A DNA stretch of 64,000 nucleotides from Candidatus Cloacimonadales bacterium (GTDB lineage Bacteria > Cloacimonadota > Cloacimonadia > Cloacimonadales > JAFGVF01), in the NCBI GenBank assembly GCA_963677495.2, contig CAXXOU010000004.1:1088001-1152000 (forward strand), given 5' to 3'. The notes under the pieces are model-generated. The model worked only from the letters and a program-made list of their open reading frames with translations, was not told the origin of the DNA and did not search any database. Position numbers and translations under genes: made by a program. How positions within the stretch are numbered: the stretch's first letter is position 1; every line of letters starts with the position of its first letter. Shown one piece after another: positions 39,329-50,412 of the stretch.

Positions 39329-39740
39329 ATCAGTAGTCCAAATGCCATCACTTGCACATAGCTACAATGATATCCGAACCTTCGGAATGGTCGCAGACCT
39401 TGCGAATGGTTGTACTTCGAAGGAACTATCTCGGACTTGCACCGCAACGAAGTGTGGGGTGAGAATGCGACAAGCTTTGAAGTTCAGGATTAAGCTAATA
39501 ATCCTAGGTTCTTAACACGAGAACGAATCAGACTTAGAGTAAAGGATTTAGCATATCACACTTCAAAACCTTCGGAATGGTCATTAGACCTTGCGAATGG
39601 TTGGAATACGAAGGAAATGTCTCGGACTTGCGTTTTAGCGATAGCACTTGAGAAGGTCTTAGGACTATTCTCAAGGTAGTATACTTTCATCAGACGACCG
39701 CTCCAGCTATAGGCTTTAGGCTTTAGGCTATAGGCTATTA
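39329..39740. repeat. REP mosaic: degenerate GTAG REP, modules 39378/39568 (+) and 39644-39677 (-), heptamer run 39706-39740
   Basis: ACCTTCGGAATGGTC..AGACCTTGCGAATGGT twice; (GCTWTAG)4. Confidence 0.85.
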
Positions 39741-39741
39741 T

Positions 39742-42345
39742 CTATTTCAACACCGTTATCTGTCCTTTACCTATTCTCTCACCATTCTGTTCAAGATTGT
39801 AGAGATACACACCCGATGGCACATGCACACCCCGATTATCAGTAAGATACCAGAAGATAGTATTACGTCCTTGGCGTTGACTTTTAACCTTAATGTATTT
39901 CACCATTTGCCCTTTGATGTTAAACACCTTCAACTCTGCACTTCCAACATCTTTGGCATTGTACTTCAGTATAACATTACCAGTTGAGATTCGCACGGGA
40001 TTAGGATAACAAGCTAATAGCTCATTAGCTTCAGGTGTATCGTTCGTTTCTTCTAATATCGGGGTAGTAGGCTGTATGCAGTCATACTTAATCTCAATAG
40101 CTTCTCCATCGTTTATATACATCCCGACATTATGTCCGTTGAAATCAGGATATGACCAGACAGGATTCATCTCATAGCTATCAATCACACCATCAAGATC
40201 AAGGTCCCAGGCAATTGTATCAATTGGGTCATTGTAATGTGGAGTAAATACAACATCAATTGGGAACACATTCCCCATTGCCTGCATTGTGAAATCAGCC
40301 ACATTCCCTTGCCATTCATAACAACCCAAATCAATTCTATTGTGAACACGTGGATTACCAGCGATATCAGTATCAGGCATTACAAAACCATCGGGAAGAT
40401 TTAAAGTCCCTCTGTCTATTGCGGGAGAACAATCATCTAACATCAGTGCATTTTTCCCATAACCATTGAAGTGGGGTATAGTATCTATATTGGTGGTAGC
40501 ATAATTAACATTTACATTACTCCACTCTTCAGAATATCCGACTTCGTTCTCTCCACCCACAATGAGATTATTCCCAATCTCTACTTCTGCTGCAAACTCC
40601 TGTTGATACCAGTCAACAATTATTGCTCTATTCCCAACTGCTGAAAGGTTCTCTTCAAAGATATTATTATAGATATAAGTATAGTTAGGTATTGTTTCCC
40701 ATGTTGAAGTACCTACCGTAACCATTCCTCTCATTTGATTCCCTAAATGATATCCAGAAAAGGTGTTGTTTACTATGTAACTTCTTAGGAGACCATCTAC
40801 ATAAACGTTAAATACTTCACCTGGTGATTGCTCATATAGTGGTTGAGGGCTCTGAAAAAGATTGTTTACAATTTCAACTTCTGAATAGTTCCACTCGTTC
40901 CCAAAAGCAATTGCTCCAGTTTTCATATTATAGAATTCGCAACCCTCTATTCTAAATGTATAATCAGGGAGATTACCCATTGCGAATAAAATTATTCCTC
41001 TTGAGTTATTCAAATGTTCATTCTCTAAACTACCGAATATGCATGATTTAATGTAGCCATTTGTTCCCCCTAATACCAAACTCCCGTTTTCTTCCTCAGA
41101 GTAGAAGTCTTGTGTTCTGTTGAAATGAATGTTCTCAAATTCAGCATAGGGGAAATAATCATGTTCTCCTATATATGATGCTATACAGATTGTTCTATTT
41201 CTCCAAATATCTTCTCCATAGTAACCATTCAATATGGATAAGTTTTTTATTTGCCCTCTGAAACAATCAGTACCACTTAGAATAAATGAAGTTTCACTCT
41301 CAAGATTAATAATAGTATCTTCCATAGAAGATCCGATCAAATGACAATTGTCCCTTACATCAATTGGGAACCGGTTTCCATTGGCAGAGTGTGAGTATTC
41401 GCCTGGGAGTAGGTGAATTGTTAAGGGGTTGCTTGGGGATGGTTCTATCTTTGCACTTGCTAGCCAGATTGATTTTAAGGGTGTTTCAGGTGTTAATCCA
41501 TCGTTACTGTCATCACCGCTGGGTGATACATATAAATCAGATTGAACTCTATCAATAATGTAGTGATTGGATTGGACTGTGTAGTTCTCTAATTGTTGCC
41601 CAAAATCATCATTGATAGCATTTGCATAATGGTCATAACTATTAATTGAAAGTGTATCTGCATAGATTGGGCTAATTACACCTACAGCCTTTAAGCGAAT
41701 ATCAAATCCTAACATAGCAGTATTATTATAAAAGCTGTTTAAGTTGATTGAATCGAAATTGAACTCTTGCAGATTTGTCATATCATTGAAAGCGAGAATT
41801 CCCCCTCCTATATGTTCTGCTTGATTATGACGTACCGAGTTTCCGGCAAGGTTTATTTCACAGCCTTTTAGCCACAAGGCTCCACCCGAAATTCCTTTGT
41901 TGTTGTAGAAACTACAATCTGTAATATTTGCAACTGAGCGTTTAATGCTTAATCCTCCACTACCAAAATCAGAATCAGGATGGGTTTCCATTGTTAAATG
42001 TCCATTCCTAAAAGTTAGCCCAATAACATTGACTTCACCCCAATAATTTTGGTTTAATGAAGCTAAAAAGGGGTGTGAATGTTCACCATCAAGCACAGTA
42101 TTACCAATATGAGATTCATCACCATCTATGTGAAAAAGACTTGCATAAGTTAGAGGTTTGTTGTAAACAACTATCTCTTCATAATAAATACCCTCATGAA
42201 TCAAGATTGTATCTCCTGAGTTAGCTGCTTCAACCGCAGATACTATTGTTGTGAAGTCACCAGTCCCATCTTGTATAACATTCCAGGTTGTTGAACATAG
42301 AATTATGGGTACTAAACATAGAAAATACAATACAATCTTTTTCAT
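39742..42345 (-). CDS. Secreted DUF1565/beta-helix protein with PKD-like and FlgD/T9SS-like C-terminal domains (paralogue of 23695-25929)
   Basis: QDGTGDFTTI, YVSPSGDDSNDG..PLKSI, IDLGCYEW, WDLDLDG, YPNP..FNIKGQ..SGVYLY. Confidence 0.88.
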   Translation of the reverse strand: MKKIVLYFLCLVPIILCSTTWNVIQDGTGDFTTIVSAVEAANSGDTILIHEGIYYEEIVVYNKPLTYASLFHIDGDESHIGNTVLDGEHSHPFLASLNQNYWGEVNVIGLTFRNGHLTMETHPDSDFGSGGLSIKRSVANITDCSFYNNKGISGGALWLKGCEINLAGNSVRHNQAEHIGGGILAFNDMTNLQEFNFDSINLNSFYNNTAMLGFDIRLKAVGVISPIYADTLSINSYDHYANAINDDFGQQLENYTVQSNHYIIDRVQSDLYVSPSGDDSNDGLTPETPLKSIWLASAKIEPSPSNPLTIHLLPGEYSHSANGNRFPIDVRDNCHLIGSSMEDTIINLESETSFILSGTDCFRGQIKNLSILNGYYGEDIWRNRTICIASYIGEHDYFPYAEFENIHFNRTQDFYSEEENGSLVLGGTNGYIKSCIFGSLENEHLNNSRGIILFAMGNLPDYTFRIEGCEFYNMKTGAIAFGNEWNYSEVEIVNNLFQSPQPLYEQSPGEVFNVYVDGLLRSYIVNNTFSGYHLGNQMRGMVTVGTSTWETIPNYTYIYNNIFEENLSAVGNRAIIVDWYQQEFAAEVEIGNNLIVGGENEVGYSEEWSNVNVNYATTNIDTIPHFNGYGKNALMLDDCSPAIDRGTLNLPDGFVMPDTDIAGNPRVHNRIDLGCYEWQGNVADFTMQAMGNVFPIDVVFTPHYNDPIDTIAWDLDLDGVIDSYEMNPVWSYPDFNGHNVGMYINDGEAIEIKYDCIQPTTPILEETNDTPEANELLACYPNPVRISTGNVILKYNAKDVGSAELKVFNIKGQMVKYIKVKSQRQGRNTIFWYLTDNRGVHVPSGVYLYNLEQNGERIGKGQITVLK

Positions 42346-42431
42346 GAGAACTCCTTACAAACACCGGATATGTTATTTGTAATAGCTATATTTTGTTTGT
42401 CAAATGGTTTATTTGATTGCTGTTTCTCTTT

Positions 42432-42885
42432 CGCCCCTACAGGGCTCAATATTTTTGGGGATTCATTACCCCATGCTTGCGCATGGGGCTATTAAACAGT
42501 AGCTCCTTCAGAGCTAAAACCTAATAATCATCTGTACCTTCTGAATGGTCGAAGACCTTCCGAATGGTGCACTTTGTTGTGATACAAGTACCACTCTTAA
42601 AGGAGTTCTTCAGAACGAAGTTTACGAAGTGAAAAAGGACTTCTTTAAGAATCTTGTCAGTTATCAGTTTATAGCTAAATAACGGTTATATTACCATTCC
42701 AAGAAGTCCGTTTTCGCTCGCAAGCTTCACTTCAGTCTTCGCTTAAAAGCTACGCCCTGACAGGCTGACAAACTCTTTAGAAATAACGAATATATCGCAT
42801 ACCCCTTTTCGTGCTATTTGGTGTTTTTCGTGGTTGCTCTCTTCATAGCGTTCTCACCCCACACTTCGTTGCGCTGCAAGTCCTA
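42432..42885. repeat. REP mosaic upstream of the secreted gene, including inverted pair 42594-42790
   Basis: Matches 26050-26190; GAAAAAGGACTTCTT vs AAGAAGTCCGTTTTC inverted. Confidence 0.8.
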
Positions 42886-42916
42886 CTTATAAGAATAATA
42901 GTTGCCGATAAGCGAG

Positions 42917-42948
42917 AAAAAGCCTAACCGTTTCCGGTCAGGCTTTTT
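42917..42948 (-). terminator. Intrinsic terminator
   Basis: AAAAAGCCTAACCG-tttc-CGGTCAGGCTTTTT. Confidence 0.75.
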
Positions 42949-42967
42949 AATCAATCAAAATTACATC

Positions 42968-44575
42968 CTAGTTTTTGCTAGTAATTCTTATATAATTCTC
43001 AACTTCTTTGATACTATTTTTTATGCTATCTTCACGCATTGGATCTGCATTCTTGAGAGCATCATTATAATAGTTTTTAGATTGGGTGAAAAGAGATACT
43101 GTTTTCTTTTGGGCATTATCTTTCTGAACCTTAAGGTCATCAGCTTTCTTACCAACTGCATCTGCAAACTCTAATTCAAGGTCTGTGAACTTGTTATATT
43201 CATTAGTACCTTTTTGGAAATAGATTTGTGCAAGAATCATATATGGAGCAACGTTACTTGCATTCATCTCAATTGCTTTGTTTGCTGAAGCTTCAGCCTT
43301 TTTAAGCTCATTAATAGTATTGTAAGTATGAGCAAAAGTGATATAGAGCAATTCATTAGAAGAATCAAGGGCTTCAAGTCTTTCAAGAATCTCTACAGCT
43401 TTCGCATAAAGAGCTTTTGTTTGTTCATCATCTGTAGATTCATCTGCTGCAGAAAGGTATGCCTTATTAAGTCTATAGTACAAGTCATAGTTATTTGGTT
43501 CTGTTTTCAGGACTTCTTCCTGATGTTCAATTGACTTAAGCAAATTGCCAGTTTCTCTATAAGCTCTACCCAGGTTCTTAGCAAGAAGTTCATCTTCCGG
43601 ATGAGCCATAGAAGCAACTTCAAGATATGGAAGTGCACTTTCATAATCATCTTCGCTAACATAGATAAGTCCTAAAAGGAAGTTAGATTGACTATGAGAA
43701 TTATCAAGCTCTATAGCTTTATGCAATGCTTCTTTAGCTGATTCAGCATTGTTAGCTGATTTGTACATATTACCAATATAGTACCATAAAGAGGCATTAC
43801 TGTTTTTTTCAGCAATCGGACCAAGAATAGCAGCAGCATCATCGTAACGCTCAAGCTGTCTTAATGAACCGGCAAGAAGTTTAGCAATAGGTTCATCATT
43901 GGGTTCTAGTTCATGTCCTTTACGAGCCCATTCTTCGCACTTAACATAATCTTTTTGTTCGAAAGCAATCTGACTGAGGTAGAAGATTACTTCATAATTT
44001 TTAGGAGCTTTTTTGTGGAGGTCTTCGAAATTGTTTTTAGCTAAATCAAGTTTACCGGCTTCATAGTTCTGTTTAGCAATATCAAGAGCTTTCACACTCT
44101 CTGTTTCAAAGAATTCTTTGATCTTTGGTATCAGGTCAGAGTTAATCAAAACTCTACGATCCTTACTAACCTTAGTCACTTTTAAAGGAATTGATTTGAT
44201 GCTTTGGGATACAACATTATAAGCTTTACTACTTAGGGCAAAATCTGAACCGGTTGATGTAATTGTCCCAGTAAGAACAATGTCGGCACCTAATTGCTGA
44301 CCAAGCCCGATAATAATTGATTTATCGAGTTCATAGATTTTCTTTTTACCAATAGCTTTCTTAGTAGCTTTTGCTACTTGTTTCTGATTAATAAGATTAA
44401 ATCCTTCATCTGCACCGAAAGTTTTCTTGATATCAATCTTTTCAAACTGAGTCTTAAGTGTTTTGCATTTACTATCCATAGTTTCATATGGTAAAATAGC
44501 AATGTTAATTTGTGCTAAGAGCGTAGCAGAAACAACTACCAGACTTATTATTAGAAGTATAATCTTCTTTTCCAT
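42968..44575 (-). CDS. Secreted TPR protein with N-terminal TolB-N/CsgG-like domain
   Basis: GGAGG + MEKK signal, IAILP, LGADIVLTGTI, multiple TPRs. Confidence 0.85.
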   Translation of the reverse strand: MEKKIILLIISLVVVSATLLAQINIAILPYETMDSKCKTLKTQFEKIDIKKTFGADEGFNLINQKQVAKATKKAIGKKKIYELDKSIIIGLGQQLGADIVLTGTITSTGSDFALSSKAYNVVSQSIKSIPLKVTKVSKDRRVLINSDLIPKIKEFFETESVKALDIAKQNYEAGKLDLAKNNFEDLHKKAPKNYEVIFYLSQIAFEQKDYVKCEEWARKGHELEPNDEPIAKLLAGSLRQLERYDDAAAILGPIAEKNSNASLWYYIGNMYKSANNAESAKEALHKAIELDNSHSQSNFLLGLIYVSEDDYESALPYLEVASMAHPEDELLAKNLGRAYRETGNLLKSIEHQEEVLKTEPNNYDLYYRLNKAYLSAADESTDDEQTKALYAKAVEILERLEALDSSNELLYITFAHTYNTINELKKAEASANKAIEMNASNVAPYMILAQIYFQKGTNEYNKFTDLELEFADAVGKKADDLKVQKDNAQKKTVSLFTQSKNYYNDALKNADPMREDSIKNSIKEVENYIRITSKN

Positions 44576-44637
44576 TATTCCTCCATATATTATCTTTATG
44601 ACCTTTATTCTCAAGTCGGTTCTATATTGCAAGTTTT

Positions 44638-45588
44638 TTATCTAAACTTTGGTAATCTTATACGTTTTGTTCCATACTCTAATCGGAAAAAGCCATCAAG
44701 CTCAGCACCCATAGCTGCTTTAAAACGAGAAATGCTAGGATGATTTCCTCCGCATAAATCATATTTTGAATACTCTTTTCGATACTTCATAACAGTATCA
44801 TAATGCAATAACAGGGTTACTCCACTATTTAAGTAATCTTTGTTGGTTCCATTCTCCCATGCATAGAGAACTTTATGCTGTTTATCATTAAGAATTAATA
44901 ATGATGAGACTGTTTCATCATTGACACATGCATTTCTCTGAAGTAACAATCCATCCATATGCAGGCGCATCAAGAGCTTTAGATGTGCATCGTCTGCAAT
45001 TGGGAAAGCTCTGCCTTGTCGTTGATTTGTCTGCTTTAATAGCTCTAAAAAACTCTCAGGATTGAAATCTTCATTTATATCAAATCCTCTTTGTTTTGCT
45101 TTACGCAATGAAGTGCCCTCTTTGGGGAAAAGGTTCGGAACAAAGTCAGGGTGTAATTCAAATCCAAAAGTATACAGTGGTTTCGCAGTGAAACCATTCT
45201 TCAGAAAACTTCTTATATCCTTGATATCAGATGATAAGTTCAAAGATATTACATCAAGACTGTTAGCAAAATGTTTTGCTATCAATCCTGTTATTTCTAG
45301 TTTGTACAGAAGGTTCCTATTGGGCCTTTTCTGTTCAGGTAAGAACCAGCAGATTGGATTATAGTAAGATAAAATTGGTGTTACAGCTTTCTTTAATCCA
45401 TATTTCTTCTTGATAAATATTGGCATAACTGCCCAAATTTCTTCTGCATTGAACGCTACAAAATACTCAACACTAATATTATGCAGTTCGCAGATTGCTA
45501 TAGCAAACTTCCGGCTTGCGAACAAGGATAATTCTATCTCATCAAGTTCATAACTATCCGACGGTAATATTTTATAAGTTAATGCCAT
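44638..45588 (-). CDS. GNAT/FemAB-like acyltransferase
   Basis: LRKAK, YDLCGGN..ISRFKAAMGA. Confidence 0.75.
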   Translation of the reverse strand: MALTYKILPSDSYELDEIELSLFASRKFAIAICELHNISVEYFVAFNAEEIWAVMPIFIKKKYGLKKAVTPILSYYNPICWFLPEQKRPNRNLLYKLEITGLIAKHFANSLDVISLNLSSDIKDIRSFLKNGFTAKPLYTFGFELHPDFVPNLFPKEGTSLRKAKQRGFDINEDFNPESFLELLKQTNQRQGRAFPIADDAHLKLLMRLHMDGLLLQRNACVNDETVSSLLILNDKQHKVLYAWENGTNKDYLNSGVTLLLHYDTVMKYRKEYSKYDLCGGNHPSISRFKAAMGAELDGFFRLEYGTKRIRLPKFR

Positions 45589-45589
45589 A

Positions 45590-45958
45590 TCAGATTAGAG
45601 ATTTGATGAGTGTTGCAATTTCATTAAACCTGAATGGTTTGATAATATAATCAACATCATCAGCAAAGAGTGCAGCATAAGCTGAATCTGCAAAAGGATA
45701 TCCGGTCATAATAATAATCTTTTGGTCAGGATTATTCTCTTTAATAGTTTCCATTAATTCAATCCCATCCATTCCGGGCATCACTCTATCAATAATCAAC
45801 AATTTATGAATGCTACTATCATACTTCTCTAACGCTTCGTTTGCATCTTCTGCTTGCACACACGCATACCCAATACCTTCTAGAAACTCTTGTAAAACAT
45901 CACGTAACATCTTATCATCATCAACAATCAGTATCTTCTGTTCCATGGCATACTCCAT
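45590..45958 (-). CDS. Single-domain response regulator
   Basis: ILIVDDD, D.VMPGMDG, MTGY, KPF. Confidence 0.92.
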   Translation of the reverse strand: MEYAMEQKILIVDDDKMLRDVLQEFLEGIGYACVQAEDANEALEKYDSSIHKLLIIDRVMPGMDGIELMETIKENNPDQKIIIMTGYPFADSAYAALFADDVDYIIKPFRFNEIATLIKSLI

Positions 45959-45959
45959 T

Positions 45960-46757
45960 TTATATCAAAGTTTCAATAGTTAGTACTACATAAAGTATAG
46001 ATATTGAAATTAAAAAACTATCAAACCTATCTAATACTCCTCCGTGACCGGGGATTAGATTTGAGCTATCTTTAACACCCATATCCCTTTTTATAAGTGA
46101 TTCCATTAAATCCCCGGCTTGCCCTGCGATTCCTGTTGATATACCTGCAGAGACAAGCTGCGTCATTGTGAACATGTTTGGGAAGATGAAATATGTTGCA
46201 ATAGCTGCAATTACTGCAAAAACTAACCCAGCAACAAAACCTTCCACGGATTTTTGGGGACTAACAGGAAATATCCCTCTATGTTTACCAAGTGTCATCC
46301 CGATAAAATAGGCAAATGAATCAGTTATCCAGGTAAGAATTATAATTAAAATAAGTAAGTAATTTCCATTAGAGAACTTGCCAAGTGTTATAATACTTGA
46401 AGGAAGTACACCTGCATAAAATACAGTAAACAATGAGATAGCAATACTTATAATACTACCTTCTATATCATTTCGCAATAATCTGTTTATAAACAGAATA
46501 CAAAGGAATGGGAATAATGATATTGGTGCAAAGCTCCACCCATACAGTGAAATAGTTAGAAACGTTATAACAGAAAATGGCACTGTTAAAACATTAGGAT
46601 TTAATCCCTTTTGCTTAAACATCTTAAACATTTCTAAACTAATAAGTGCTGATAATAAAGAACCAAAGATGAGTAAGGGAGTACCATTCAGGTAAAATAC
46701 ATATAAAAGAAGAGGAATACCTATTAGTGCTACACTAATCCGTTTTAGTAAATTCAT
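45960..46757 (-). CDS. cdsA: Phosphatidate cytidylyltransferase
   Basis: SPQKSVEG, GDLMESLIKR..VKDSSNLIPGHGGVLDRFDS. Confidence 0.96.
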   Translation of the reverse strand: MNLLKRISVALIGIPLLLYVFYLNGTPLLIFGSLLSALISLEMFKMFKQKGLNPNVLTVPFSVITFLTISLYGWSFAPISLFPFLCILFINRLLRNDIEGSIISIAISLFTVFYAGVLPSSIITLGKFSNGNYLLILIIILTWITDSFAYFIGMTLGKHRGIFPVSPQKSVEGFVAGLVFAVIAAIATYFIFPNMFTMTQLVSAGISTGIAGQAGDLMESLIKRDMGVKDSSNLIPGHGGVLDRFDSFLISISILYVVLTIETLI

Positions 46758-47491
46758 TAAAGTGCTCCAAATCGTCTGTTCCGGTTCTGATAATCAATTA
46801 TTGCTTGGACCATGTCTGTTCTTGTGAATTCAGGCCATAACTTATCAGTAAACCAAAATTCAGTATATGCAGATTGCCAAACAAGGAAATTCGATAGTCT
46901 CAGTTCGCCACTTGTTCTAATCAATAAATCAGGATCTGGCATCTCGAAAGTATATAAGTTATCATTAATTGTATCTAAACTTATGTCATTAGGATTTATT
47001 TTACCGTCAGAAGCCTTTTTTGCTATCTTCTTCACTGCTTGCAGAATGTCTTGTCTTCCCCCATAATTAAAAGCTATTCTAAACTGTAAGCCATCATTAT
47101 TCCAAGTAGTTGACAATGTCTTATTAATGTTATCAAGATAGTCTTGGTCTAGTCCCTCTTCCCCACCAACAAGTTTAACACAAACATTGTTATCATTGAT
47201 TTCATCAATCTCTTTATTCATAAACTCCACAAGGAGGTTAAGCAGACCCTTTACTTCAGCTTCAGGTCGATTCCAATTCTCTGAAGAGAAAGCGTAGACA
47301 GTAAGGTATTTCAAACCAATCTCAACACCACATTCAATAATCTCTCTAACAGCTTTCGCACCTGCTCTATGACCAAAAAGTCTATTCTTTAATCTTTTCT
47401 TTGCCCAACGGCCATTCCCATCCATGATTATCGCTACATGATTTGGTAAGTTCTCTTGATTCAATTGTGTTAATAGTTTTTTATATTCCAT
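46757..47491 (-). CDS. uppS: Undecaprenyl diphosphate synthase
   Basis: HVAIIMDGNGRWA, FSSENW, RTSGELRLSNF. Confidence 0.97.
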   Translation of the reverse strand: MEYKKLLTQLNQENLPNHVAIIMDGNGRWAKKRLKNRLFGHRAGAKAVREIIECGVEIGLKYLTVYAFSSENWNRPEAEVKGLLNLLVEFMNKEIDEINDNNVCVKLVGGEEGLDQDYLDNINKTLSTTWNNDGLQFRIAFNYGGRQDILQAVKKIAKKASDGKINPNDISLDTINDNLYTFEMPDPDLLIRTSGELRLSNFLVWQSAYTEFWFTDKLWPEFTRTDMVQAIIDYQNRNRRFGAL

Positions 47492-47499
47492 GTTTTTAC

Positions 47500-48604
47500 C
47501 TAGTGCTTAGCATTTGCTTTCAAAAAAGCAACTATGAATTGATTAAGATCTCCATCCATTACTTTATCAGTCGAACCTGTTTCACAGTTAGTTCTATGGT
47601 CTTTTACCATTTGGTATGGTTGAAAAACGTAGGATCTAATTTGGTTACCCCAACCGATCTCGCTCTTTGTACTTTCTAATGCATCACGTTCTTTTTGTCT
47701 TTGCTCCTCATAGTGTTGATAGAGCCTTGATTTCAGAATCTGCATAGCTTTATCTTTATTCTTAAGTTGAGAGCGCTCATTTTGGCAACTAACCACAATG
47801 TTCGTTGGTAAGTGTGTTATGCGTACAGCAGAATCAGTAGTGTTCACACTTTGTCCACCGGCTCCACTTGAACGATATGTATCAATTTTAATGTCCTTTG
47901 GTTCTATATCAATTTCGATATCATCATCTATCTCAGGATAAACATATACAGATGAAAATGAAGTTTGCCTTTTTCCCTGAGCATTGAATGGAGAGATTCT
48001 TACTAATCGGTGAATTCCTATTTCTGCCTTTAAGTATCCATAGGCATGTTCGCCGTTTATCTCAATTGTTACATTTTTGATTCCTGCTTCATCTCCAGCA
48101 AGATAGTCAATAACAGTAGTCTTAAATCCATTTTGTTCGGCATAACGGGTATACATACGGTATAGCATATCTGCCCAATCTTGTGATTCTGTCCCGCCGG
48201 CACCGGGATGGATATTCAAAATTGCATTACAATGGTCAAATTTACCATTCAACAGAAACTCAGTTTCTGCTTTATCTATGACTGTAAGGTATTCATTTAA
48301 AGCTATCGCTGCATCGTTGAGCAAATCGTCACTAAACTCATCTTCAAGCATAATTTGATATGTCTGAAGATCATCAACAATAGATGTCAGGTTCTTCTCT
48401 TTTTCAAGCTTACTCCTAACAATACTAATCTCTTTGGTTATCTTCTGTGCACGTTTATTGTTATTCCAGAACTCAGGGTCACTCATCTCATTCTCAAGCG
48501 TTGTAAGTTCTTCGGTCAAAGCTACCGTGTCAAAGTAACCTCCTGATATCATTGACTCTATCTATTGTAGTTTCAGCTTCCTTTTTGAATTCAAACAGTT
48601 CCAT
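47500..48604 (-). CDS. prfB: Peptide chain release factor 2 with programmed +1 frameshift
   Basis: ATG 48604 MELFEF..IRRLL then CTT TGA C (48535-48529) with AGGAGG 3 nt upstream; SPF and GGQ motifs. Confidence 0.97.
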
Positions 48605-48613
48605 TAATTCTCC

Positions 48614-49768
48614 TTAATACTTCCATGGTACAAGATAGTCTTTTATCTCTTCATTGAAGTATCTATCAGTCATTGTTGCAATAAAGTCTCGCACTTTCTC
48701 AACATCAGTGAATCTGTCAAGATAACGCTTATCCTTATGTACAAGGAAATGCTGATAAATCTTAGATTCAGTATTTCCGTTACTAATATCATCTAAATAT
48801 TTGTCAAAGAGAATATTCATTGTTCTTTCAATCATTGTGTTTGCTTTTTTAACAAGTGGATTCTTATAGATATGCTTGTAATTGAAGTGTTTTAAATCCA
48901 GCAAATACTTGGATGTCTTTTCATCAAACGCAATGTATTCCTGCCCAAAACTGTTCATAATCACACTCTCTACCAAAGTATTAATTATACGACTATTAGT
49001 ACTGCCTAAGTAATCCGTTACTTCTTTTGGAAGTGCTTCCCTTGAGAGGAGATTGCATCTGATCGCATCTTCGATATCCTGTCCTATATAGGCAATTGTA
49101 TCTGCAATTCTAACTGTACAGCCTTCCATTGTTGCTGGCATCCAACTTGCATTCTTGTTATCATGTTTCTTCTTAATATATTCTTCGATATCAGTTTCTG
49201 TTTTATCAAACTGTGGAATCAATTGAGTATTATGTACTTCACCATCATGTGAAATAATGCCATCTCTTACCTGAAATGTAAGGTTTAAACCTTTACCTTT
49301 ACGTGAGATGTTATCTACAATGTGAAGACTTTCAACGTTGTGATGAAATGCTCCAATTCCTTTTTTACGACAGATTTTGCTTAATGCACGTTCTCCATCA
49401 TGCCCAAACGGACAATGCCCAAGGTCGTGCCCTAAAGCGATTGCTTCGATTAGATCTAAATTTAATCCTAACACTCTACCTATAGTTCTTGAAATTTGTG
49501 ATACATAGGTAGTATGAAGATTTCTATTTGTCATCTCTTCATCAATCATATTAGTAAATGAAAATACTTGTGTTTTCCCATGATATCTTCGATAAGCACC
49601 ACTATATAATATTCTATCTCTATCAACTGCAAAAGGAGATCTGAATTCATCTCGTTTCAACTCTTCTCTTCTATGAGCTTGGTCGCTTCTGCAAGCATAT
49701 GGTGAAAGAGTATTATTATTTCTTTCAGCTATTGTATTCTTTATCTCTTCAAGTTTCTTATTATACAT
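48614..49768 (-). CDS. HD-domain dNTP triphosphohydrolase (dGTPase-like)
   Basis: RSPFAVDRDRI, KTQVF, HDLGHCPFGHDGE, DFIATMTD. Confidence 0.9.
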   Translation of the reverse strand: MYNKKLEEIKNTIAERNNNTLSPYACRSDQAHRREELKRDEFRSPFAVDRDRILYSGAYRRYHGKTQVFSFTNMIDEEMTNRNLHTTYVSQISRTIGRVLGLNLDLIEAIALGHDLGHCPFGHDGERALSKICRKKGIGAFHHNVESLHIVDNISRKGKGLNLTFQVRDGIISHDGEVHNTQLIPQFDKTETDIEEYIKKKHDNKNASWMPATMEGCTVRIADTIAYIGQDIEDAIRCNLLSREALPKEVTDYLGSTNSRIINTLVESVIMNSFGQEYIAFDEKTSKYLLDLKHFNYKHIYKNPLVKKANTMIERTMNILFDKYLDDISNGNTESKIYQHFLVHKDKRYLDRFTDVEKVRDFIATMTDRYFNEEIKDYLVPWKY

Positions 49769-49776
49769 ACTTTCCT

Positions 49777-50412
49777 CTAAATCTTCTTATAATGCATAAA
49801 ATAAGGCTCATTGCCAATATCGGCATTTACTTTCTCAAAATAAGTTTCGATATGTTCATCTTTGTAGGGAGATACTCTAGTAAAACCATCTGTGTACAAA
49901 GATTCAAAATCTTTCCGTTGAGCAAACTCATCTACAATCCACATTGCATAATCAGCATGATCAGTTGATAGTTCTACCGTTCCTCCCGGTTTGAGTATCT
50001 TGTATAGCGAATCTATGAAATCCTGTTGAATCAAACGATGCTTATGATGCCTTCTTTTAGGCCAAGGATCGGGATGCTGTATATAAATAACATCCAACGA
50101 CTCGGCAGGTATAATTTCTGTAACCTTTGCATCAACAAAGAGCTTCATGATACGCACATTACTGTGATTCTCTTCATCTATCTTCTTCAGTATCATGAGC
50201 ACCCTTTTCATCTTCAATTCAATTCCAAGGAAGTTTATGTTCGGTCTTTTGGGTGGCAAAGCATGGATAAACTCACCTTTACCACATCCAATCTCGAGAT
50301 GTACGGGGTTCTCATTTCCGAATATCTTTTTATAATCTAATAAACTTTCTGCTTCAAGCAGAAAATATTCTTTCTTAGGGGTTATATCTACAGGTAAATT
50401 TACTTTTCTCAT
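49777..50412 (-). CDS. trmB: tRNA (guanine-N7) methyltransferase
   Basis: LEIGCGKG, PDPWPKRRHHKHRL, TDH, TYFE. Confidence 0.95.
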   Translation of the reverse strand: MRKVNLPVDITPKKEYFLLEAESLLDYKKIFGNENPVHLEIGCGKGEFIHALPPKRPNINFLGIELKMKRVLMILKKIDEENHSNVRIMKLFVDAKVTEIIPAESLDVIYIQHPDPWPKRRHHKHRLIQQDFIDSLYKILKPGGTVELSTDHADYAMWIVDEFAQRKDFESLYTDGFTRVSPYKDEHIETYFEKVNADIGNEPYFMHYKKI

